Shown: piece by piece, positions 53,663-64,000 of the stretch
Position numbering within the stretch: position 1 is the first letter of the stretch
How the letters are laid out: each line of letters begins with the position of its first letter
Origin: Octopus vulgaris
Taxonomy: Eukaryota
NCBI GenBank assembly: GCA_951406725.2
Contig: OX597815.1
Location: forward strand, 161,572,001 to 161,636,000
DNA: 64,000 nt
Direction: 5' to 3'
The notes under the pieces: model-generated
Seen by the model: only the letters and a program-made list of their open reading frames with translations
Told to the model about the DNA's origin: nothing
The model's database searches: none
Program-made: the position numbers and the translations under genes

Positions 53663-54287
53663 TGTGTATATTTTGTACCTGTCTTTGTACTCCACCATTG
53701 TTTGACAATCAGTGTTGGTGTGTTTACATCCCTGTAACTTACAAGTCTGGCAAAAGAGACCGATAAAGTAAATATGAGGCTTATAAAAATAAGTACGGCG
53801 GGGGGGATCAATTCGTTTGACTAAAAATTCTTCATGGCAGTGCCCCGCATGCCCAGAGTTTAATGACTGAAACAGATAAAAGATAAAACAAGGATGATCA
53901 TGGTTGCAGAGCTGAGATTTATAGGTCTTGCTCAGGGTTGACCTAGGGCTAAACAACATATTGATTGTTCTTAGGAGACTAAATTTTTAGGTATGTTTTA
54001 GTAAAATATGACAGAAACACAGTCTTATCAATTTAGGTTAAGTAATATCAGAACGTAAACATTCGTCTAACATGACAAAATGACATATTTTAGAAACAAT
54101 ACAGGAAAAGCATGCTGGGTAAAGTCAGAACAAACTTTTTTTGTTTTTGTTTTTTTCTTTGTCTCTGAAAAATAAAAGTACTAAATAAAATGTAAAGAAC
54201 ACTTATATTCATAGAGCAGATAATAAAATATATGTCATCAATGGGAGTTGGACCATTCTTTTATTTCATCATCATCATCATCATCAT

Positions 54288-54344
<57 letters not shown>

Positions 54345-54759
54345 CACACACACACATAAAAATATATACATACATGTATGCACATACACACACACACACA
54401 CATGTATACATATATACATATACAAAATAAGAAAATGGAGAAATACATCGAAATCAAATATCAATTACCAGATAATACTCAATCACATACTTTATTAAAC
54501 CACCACATAAGAAACTATAAGGTTAAACATAATAATGTAGGGCAAAACAGTGTACATAAAAGAGTAATGTTATACAATAAGTAGAATATGTATAAGAGAA
54601 AATAAATATAAGTATATTGGATATAAGTATCCGGGCTGTCACCATAGTAACGAAGCTAAGGTATATTGGATATATGTTATCCCATGGAGGGTTGCATTTA
54701 CAACCCCTATCTCAATTTGTAACATATATACATATATATATATACATACATATATATCA

Positions 54760-56217
<1,458 letters not shown>

Positions 56218-56256
56218 TATATAAATATATATATAAGCATATAGTCTTGATAACAA

Positions 56257-56294
56257 CTGTCTGAGGAACACGAACGTGAAACTATGAATCACAG
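56257..56294 (+). ncRNA. Minimal type I HHR, near intact
   Basis: cugu-CUGAGGA-acacgaacgu-GAAA-cuaugaa-UC-acag; weak stems II and III; aataaa and A-run about 25 nt downstream. Confidence 0.6.
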
Positions 56295-56329
56295 ATCTTG
56301 TGATGATTTTGCAGCATTAATAAAAAAAA

Positions 56330-56955
56330 ATCATCATCATCATCATCAATTAGCGTCCGCTTTCCATGCTGGCATGGGTTGGATGGTTCAACTGGGGTCT
56401 GGGAAGCCAGAAGGCTGAACCAGGCCCAGTCTGATCTGGCAATGTTTCTACGGCTGGATGCCCTTCCTAACACCAACCACTCCATGAGTGTAGTGGGTGT
56501 TTTTTACGTGCGACTGGCACAGGTGCCAGACGAGGCTGGCAAACGGCCACGATCGGACGGTGCTTTTTATGTGCCACCAGCATGGAGGCCAGTTGAGGCT
56601 GGCAACAGCTACGATCAGATGGTGCTTTTTACGTGCCACTGGCACAGAGGCAGTCGGGGTGGTGCTGGCAACGGCCACGTTCGGATGGTTCTCTTATGTG
56701 CCACTGGCACTTGTATCACAGCTACGATTTCCATTAATGTTGATCGATTTTGATTTTGATTTTGATTTTCACTTGCCTCAACAGGTCTTCACAAGTAGAG
56801 TTTTGTGTCCCAAGAAGGAAAGGTATGCATAAGTGGACTGAGGCCATGGGTTATGGCCTCATTTGTCCTGCCGGGTCTTCTCACGCACACCATACTTCCA
56901 AAGGTCTTGGTCTCTTGTCATTTCCTCGGTGAGACCTAAAGTTCGAAGGTCATGC
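56330..56955 (-). mobile_element. RTE LINE 3' end
   Basis: HDLRTLGLTEEMTRDQDLWKY plus complete 3'UTR. Confidence 0.92.
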
Positions 56956-56974
56956 AAAGGTATATACATATTCT

Positions 56975-57168
56975 TTTATTAGTTTCAGTCATATGATTGC
57001 AGCCATGCTGGAGCACCACCATGAATGGCTTTTAGTCAAAGAAATCAACTCCAGCACTTATTTTTTGTCAGCCTGGTACTTATTCTATCATTCTCTTTCT
57101 CTGAACTGCTATGTTGTCAAACGATGGAGTGGGGCAAACACAGACATACACAGATACACACACACACA

Positions 57169-57216
<48 letters not shown>

Positions 57217-58005
57217 ACGGGCTTCTTTCAATTTCTGTCTACCAAATTCACTTACAAGACTTTGGTTGGCCCGAGGCTATAGTAAAAGACACTTGCCCAA
57301 GGTGCCACTGTCATACAGTGGGACTGAACCCCGAAGCATGTGGTTGGGAAGCAAGCTATTTACCACACAGCCACACCTACACCTATATAATACATACATA
57401 CACATGTATATATATGTGTGTATGTGCATGTGTGCATTTATATACATGGAGTGCTTGGTGTTAGGAAAGGCATCAAGCCATAGAAACCATTCCAAATCAG
57501 ACTAGAACTTGGTGCATATCTTCAGCTTACCAATTCCAGTCAAACCATCTAACTCATGCCAGCATGGGAAGCAGACACTAAAAGATGATGATGATGATGA
57601 TACATGTGTGTGTGAGTGTGTCATTTATCTTTTACTTGTCTTAGTCATTAGGCTGGAGCCATATTGGACCACTACCTTGAAGAATTTTGATTAGCCAAAT
57701 TTTTCCCAGTACATATTTTTATTGGTCTCTTTTCTTGAATAACTAAGTTATGGGGCATAAACAAACCAGCACCAGTTGTTCAACAGTGTCGGAGGAAAAA
57801 CACAGACACAAAGTATACCCCCCCCTACACACACATATGCATGTATATACAGAACAGACTTCTTTCAGTGTCTGTCTACCAAATCCAGTCACAAGGCTTT
57901 GGTTGGCCCAAGGCTATAGCAGAAGACACTTGCACAAGGTGCCATGCTGTGGGACTGAACCCTGAACCATTTGGTTGAGAAGCAAACTTCTCACCACACA
58001 GCCAT
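56975..58005 (-). mobile_element. Two family A SINEs (56975-57380, 57625-58005) around an RTE tail piece
   Basis: Reverse-complement heads taccacacagcca.. and matching tails. Confidence 0.8.
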
Positions 58006-58109
58006 GTGTGTGTTTGTGTGTATGTATATATATATATGTGCGTGTGTATGTATGTATGTATATATATATATACATAGATTAATAGATTATAAGCACACAG
58101 ACATACCAT

Positions 58110-58164
<55 letters not shown>

Positions 58165-58540
58165 CATACATATGTCAACAATTACCATATGAAAGAAGCG
58201 AAACCCTCAGCAAACTTTGCAAAAACTGTCATAAAGTACATCTATATTGATTGAGGATCTCTTAGCAGACAGTTTAAGGTCAAAGGCTATAACAAAACAA
58301 CAATGAAAGTACAATTATTGTAATGTGGTGGTTACTGTTTGGTTTGATTTGGTTTGTTGATAATATCATTAAAAAATAAAAAGGATAATACCAACAAAGT
58401 CTTTGTAGTTTGTCTAGCTATCATGTTTTATTATAGTTTATTGAAACATTTCTTAATATATACACAATCACACACATATCTGTCTGCCTATCTGTCCGGC
58501 TATATGTATGCATTTTTGTATGTATGTATGTGTGTATTAC

Positions 58541-58576
<36 letters not shown>

Positions 58577-58581
<5 letters not shown>

Positions 58582-59175
58582 AGAGATGAGAACTTCTGTA
58601 CATTATTTACTTTGGACAAATATGTGTCCTCATCTGGTTTGTTGTTACCACAATGTTTCAGTTGATTTACAATACTTTGCAATTAGCTCCTTCGAGTAAA
58701 ACCACCAATAGTAGAGAATATGACCAAAGACTGCATGTACTCCATCCCATGTAGTTGTGGTAAGTTATACAAAGGCAAAACATGCTGCCCAGTCAAAACA
58801 AGAGTAGAGGAACATCATAAAACTGTGACACAAGGAGATGTTGAAAAATCGGGTATAGGTGATCATGTATGGAAAAACAGAGACCACCTTCTCCTGTAGG
58901 ATGAAGTTAAAATATTAGACAGGGTACACCACTGGAAAATAGGAAAACTAAAAGAGGCAGCACATATGCTAGGACACAATAACCCTTTGAGCAGACTTAG
59001 TGCAGATATGAGTAGAATAATGGGAACTGGTATTATGGAAGGATAGGAGAATGTTAGATATATAAGCCCTAAATTTCTACTAGGACACCTGATGAAAGCT
59101 GGTGACTAAATCAGCTGAAATGTTGGGGTAACAACAAACAAGATGAGAACACATATCCGTTCAATGTAAATAATT
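58577..59175 (+). mobile_element. 5'-truncated Penelope-like element: inverted partial pLTR + GIY-YIG end + pLTR with HHR
   Basis: LRVKPP..CMYSIPCSCGKLYKGKT..RVEEH..SGIGDHVW..KLKEA; CUGAUGA 59089, agcug/cagcu, GAAA 59117; 58577-58670 is an inverted copy of the 3' end. Confidence 0.88.
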
Positions 59176-59481
59176 TATGTATGCATGTATGTATATCATT
59201 ACTCAGTTTTATTTCAAGATTTCTTGCCAATAGAGAAAGAGACAATTTCTAACCTAGATCCATTACTCCTTCATTGGAATTTCAACAACACCAGTATGTA
59301 TGTATGTATGTCATTATTCAGTTTTATTTCAAGATTTCTTACCAAGGCTCTTTCATTGGAATTTCAACAACATCAACAGGGTATTTTTGCATGGGTGTAT
59401 GTGTATACATGTAGTATTTGGAGTCAGTGCATGTGCTGATTTTTATGTTTAGTTTTATGTAAGTATTCTCGTGCCTATGTA

Positions 59482-59920
59482 GCAGGTGTGGCTGTGTGGA
59501 AAGAAGTTTGCTTCTCAACCACATGGTTTCAGGGTTCAGTCCTGCTGTGTGACACCTTGGGCAAGTGTCTTCTACTATAGCCTAGTGCCTACCAAAGTCT
59601 TGTGAGTGGATTTGGTAGACAGAAGCTGAAAGAAGCCTGTCATGTATATGTATGTGTGAATGCATGTGTGTGTGTGTGTGTGTGTGCATGTGCATGCGTG
59701 CGTGTGTGTGTGTGTGTGTGTATCCACCACTGCTTGGCAACCAAAGTTGGTGGGTTTCTGTCCCCATAGCTTAGCAGTTCAGCAAAAGGGACCAATAGGG
59801 TAAGTACTACACTTTAAAAAAAAACAATGAGTATTGGGGTCGATACATTTTACTAAAATTTCAAGGCAGCACCACAGCATGGTCAGTCAAATGAGTGAAA
59901 CAAGTCAAAGATAAAAGATA
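59482..59920 (+). mobile_element. SINE family A
   Basis: Head gcaggtgtggctgtgtgg..ggttcagtcc, tail gaaacaagtcaaagataaaaga. Confidence 0.85.
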
Positions 59921-59951
59921 TAATTGTATGTCTTGACACGCTCATATATAC

Positions 59952-60125
59952 TTAAATGATAAATATCTGGAAAGTTTTACTGATATTTAAAGTTCCAATG
60001 ATAGTTTGTATCTGCAGTTTTTGAATCAGTTTTATTCTTTCTGATTTTGAAAAGTCTAATTTCTCAAGATTGGTATTTAGGCAGTGTATTATATATCCCA
60101 GTGTCACAATAATTATAGGTATGAA
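59952..60125 (-). pseudogene. RLE-type non-LTR C-terminal fragment
   Basis: FIPIIIVTLGYI..NLEKL.F..LIQKLQIQTIIGTLNISKTF*. Confidence 0.6.
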
Positions 60126-60544
60126 TGTATGCATGTATATATTTATATATGTATATTCCTGTATCAACCGGATATTAGATTTTGTTATACACCACTGGTC
60201 ACAATGTGCTCCCTCACATTGTTGCAGCTTTCAAATGATTCCAGTTCACTGGTTAGGCAGGCAGGTGGACATCCCCTCAGAACAGAATGCCAGTCCTTTG
60301 CAGGGTTACCAATTTACAGCTGAGTGGACTGGAGCAAAAATGGTAAATGAAGTATTTTGCTTAAAAACACAAAGCACTGCTCTTCTGAGAATCAAAACCA
60401 TAATCTTATAGTCAGGAGTGTAAAATCATAATTACATGGCTACAGACCATCACATGTATGTATGTATGTATGTATGTATGTATGTATGTATGTATGTATG
60501 TATGTATGTATGTATGTATGCATGTAGGTAGGTAGGTAGGTTAT

Positions 60545-61096
60545 GTCAGGTCACTTTCAAGTGCTACTGGTAACATGTAACCCAGTACAACCTGTTGCAT
60601 GGTCAGGTCGTCGGCGACTATACCTGCAACTCTACCAAGCTTGCTTGGTGAGGAGGGTTGTTTATTGGACACCCTGCGGGATGAAAAACAAAACCCGTCA
60701 AAGGGTCATCCGATAAATGTCAACAGTCATCCGATAAATGTCTTAAGGCTGTATCATGTGCGGGGACATAGAAATAATCGGACTGAATACCCGATCGCGC
60801 AGCTAAACCATTGGGAGTGAAGGACTCCTAGCCTTTGTTAGGGCATCCTTCTAGGAGAAGGTAACTCAAGTAACTGGGATAACTCCGACATAAAACCTGC
60901 AGCTCAGTGGTTACCGATGATGTTGACTTATTCTTCTTTTCAGATTATGGCTGCTGTTGCTTAGTGAGTGGGATTGACTCAGTGCACAGCCTTTCCTCAC
61001 TTTAAAAAAAAATCTTCTTGCACAGGCATTGCATGATAACAACATTAGTTAAGCTTCGTGCAATGGCCATACTTGATAACGAGGGAGCAGCCACCA
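60545..61096 (+). mobile_element. Non-coding GC-richer element within (ATGT)n, probably a non-autonomous RTE derivative
   Basis: agggcatccttctaggagaaggtaactc (60840-60867) resembles an RTE 5'UTR motif; ends gcagccacc-(atgt)n; several hairpins. Confidence 0.55.
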
Positions 61097-61142
61097 TGTA
61101 TGTATGCATGTATGTATGTTTGTATGTATGTATGTATGTATG

Positions 61143-61176
<34 letters not shown>

Positions 61177-61456
61177 TGTATGTATGTATGTATGTATGTA
61201 TGTATGTGTATGTGTATATAAGTATGTATATATGTATGTATGTCATTATTCAGTTTTATTGCAAGATTTCTTGTCAACAGATAAAACGCCGGCCTTTAAC
61301 CTAGATCCAAGATTCCTTTGTATGTACATTTGCATGCATGTATCTATGGATGTATGCATGTATGTATACACACATATACTCACCCCCACACACACACCTA
61401 TATATTTATATGAAATTGATATAGACAGCCATGTGCACTGTGTTACCAAAAATAAA

Positions 61457-62033
61457 ACTATAAACTGTATATATAAAAGTGAGGTTTGTGTGTGTGCATG
61501 TGAATGTAATTTATGCATGACCACAAATTAGCACACATGTCGCTCCAATTTTAGGAGGACATTCATCATGATCCTAGCTGTATTTTTGTCAACTTATCTT
61601 TACCAGAGGCACCAGCAAATAGCAGTAAAAATAAATTTGCGACTAAAACTTTTAACAATTTACAAGTTGGAGAAATCACCATTGTTTGCAAACAGGAGTT
61701 ATGTCCCCTTCTAGCAACAAGTTAGTTTTGTTAAGACTTTTGTTGGTTTTTTCCATCGAGTGAAAAAAAGTGTTTTGTTGATATACGGGCAACACACACA
61801 CACACGAACATGTATGCATACAAAAAACATGTATGCAATAAGTGTATGTACGCACGTGTGTGTATGTGTGTGTGTGCGTGCGAGTGTGTTGCCCATATAT
61901 ATATATATATACTAATTTCAACAGATTTCACCCAGATTTGACGTCAATGTTACTTAGTTTGGTTTGAAATAAAGAACTTGATTTTCTTAATAATCCTAAC
62001 TTAATCCCGGGCAAAGCCAGGTTATACTGTTAG
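61457..62033 (+). mobile_element. Non-autonomous Helitron
   Basis: 5' ..tatatataaaagtgaggtttgtgtgtg..tatgcatgaccac; 3' imperfect hairpin cccgggcaaagccaggt then TTAG|T (degenerate CTAG). Confidence 0.7.
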
Positions 62034-62088
62034 TTGTCACTAAATATGAATATATATATTCATATTTTGTGACATTCTCCATTTCCTT

Positions 62089-62155
<67 letters not shown>

Positions 62156-62177
62156 CATGTATGTCTGTATATATATG

Positions 62178-62209
<32 letters not shown>

Positions 62210-62214
62210 TGATG

Positions 62215-62258
<44 letters not shown>

Positions 62259-62529
62259 TATATACATATATATATTATGTGTATGTATGTATATATATAT
62301 ATTTATATGCATACACATACGTACACGCAAAGACACATAAGATCTTTGTTTATTGTTTTGCTAAAAGTTGGACAGATTCAGAAATTTCCGCAAATTGCTT
62401 TCTTCTTTAACAGTTATAAATGTAGACATCATTAACAATGACATAGAAATCTAACCATGAAAAGTAAAATGGTACCTATTTTAGCTTAATTGCAGAATAT
62501 CTTGTTATGTACCTTAACTTTGTGTAAAA

Positions 62530-62795
62530 TCAAACAAGAAATCAATACAAATCAATAGCTTGTGGTGTAAGTCATTATCTGATGTAGATTGATACCTGAT
62601 GGTACAAATCTACACCTTTTAAAATAAATCAATATCTTGTGCTAATCAATATCTTATGGTACAAACAATACCAGTATATGGTGGTGCAATACCTTCAAGT
62701 ACTAATCAATAAATATCTATATACAAATAAATAGAAATCATTCAATGCCTAGTCATATGAATGGATAGTAAGATGATACAAATCAATATCTGATA
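62530..62795. repeat. Degenerate ~20-bp minisatellite
   Basis: Recurrent (t)acaaatcaatatctt(g/a)tgg-like units. Confidence 0.55.
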
Positions 62796-63241
62796 ATCAA
62801 AAAAAAAAGAAAATCGTTGTCTGTTTATATTAATTGTTACTTGGCCATGCAAATAAATAATGGATGTATTGTCTAGAATAATAACCTACAGAAGAGTAGA
62901 GTGTTAGTTCACTGACACAATAGGATGTTGAGCCTCTGATTTCAAGTTCAGTAGTTCATAATCGGATGTGGCTGCATGGTAAAATATTTGTTTCCCAATC
63001 ATATGGTTTCAGATTCGAGCCTATTAGATGATGCCTTGGGCAACTATCTTCTACTATAGCCCCAGGCTGACTAAAAGCTTGAGCATGGATTTGTGGATTC
63101 GGGTGGTTGGTGTTAGGAATAGCATCCAACTGTAAAGATCACTAGCTTACCAGTCCTGGTGAAGCCATCTAACTCGTGCCAGCATGGGAAATGGACATTA
63201 AATGATCATGATATATGTGTGTGCGTGTGTATGTATGTATG

Positions 63242-63290
<49 letters not shown>

Positions 63291-63449
63291 GGGTGTGTGT
63301 GATTTTGTATAGAAGAATATATTAATAAAAGGAATTCCAACCTTGTCTGATTTTCACATTTTATTTTCAATCTTATAATGATATAATATAAGATAATATA
63401 TTATAATAAAATAAAATAGAACAATAGAATGTTAAATGTTCATTCTGAT

Positions 63450-63494
63450 TGAACTAGTACTTTCATGCATTAAATTATGCAATCTTCAGGTTCA
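63450..63494 (-). ncRNA. Minimal type I HHR (left arm)
   Basis: Exact reverse complement of 63549-63593. Confidence 0.72.
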
Positions 63495-63548
63495 TGTAGT
63501 AGTGGTGACCGTCAAAAATTGTGAAGCATGACTGTCACCACTACTACA

Positions 63549-63593
63549 TGAACCTGAAGATTGCATAATTTAATGCATGAAAGTACTAGTTCA
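63549..63593 (+). ncRNA. Minimal type I HHR (right arm)
   Basis: ugaac-CUGAAGA-u-ugcau(aauuua)augca-u-GAAA-guac-UA-guuca; palindromic AGUACU stem III; U-U at the base of stem II. Confidence 0.72.
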
Positions 63594-63715
63594 ATCAGAA
63601 TGAACATTTAACATTCTATTATTCTATTTTATTTTATTATATTATATCATTATAAGATTGTAAATAAAACGTGAAAATCAGACAAGGTTGGAATTCCTTT
63701 TATTAATATATATAT

Positions 63716-64000
63716 ATCATCATCATCATTTAACGTCCGCTTTCCATGCTAGCATGGGTTGGACGGTTCAACTGGGGTCTGGGGAGCCCGAAGGCTGCAC
63801 CAGTCCAGTCAGATCTGGCAGTGTTTCTACAGCTGGATGCCCTTCCTAACGCCAACCACTCCGAGAGTGTAGTGGGTGATTTTATGTGCCACCGACACAG
63901 GTGCCAGACGAGGCTGGCAAATGGCCATGCTCGGATGGTGTTTTTTATGTGCCACCGACACAGGTGCCAGACGAGGCTGGCAGACGGCCACGCTCGGATG
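63716..64000 (-). mobile_element. RTE 3'UTR running off the window end
   Basis: (cat)n, ccatgctagcatgg, gatgcccttcctaacgcc and 60-bp repeats. Confidence 0.92.

Larger units (their letters stand above)
63317..63711. repeat. Near-perfect inverted repeat, arms about 180-190 bp, 24-nt spacer
   Basis: Arms 63317-63509 and 63534-63711 differ by a few substitutions and one short indel. Confidence 0.95.

Overview
Eukaryotic, AT-rich, microsatellite-laden sequence whose repeat families point to a coleoid cephalopod, most likely Octopus (inference, not checked). I found no recognisable host gene, rRNA, true tRNA or CRISPR array; most ORFs in the track are microsatellite artefacts. The window is intergenic or intronic and packed with decayed, nested transposons: RTE LINEs, R4/Dong-like and other RLE-type LINE ends, an L1/Tx1 ORF1 piece, Penelope-like elements (PLEs), Tc1, mariner, pogo, Helitrons, MITEs and several tRNA-derived SINE families (labelled A-E here for convenience). 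The main unexpected signal is RNA structure: about a dozen hammerhead ribozyme (HHR) cores from several unrelated sequence families. These include one fully canonical HHR (26943-27040), three fold-back units carrying HHR cores on opposite strands, a repeated A6U core variant, and a composite of tRNA-like head + (AAT)n + PLE-derived HHR tail that looks like a PLE-mobilised SINE. All folds and translations were done by eye; boundaries without TSD/TIR support are approximate.
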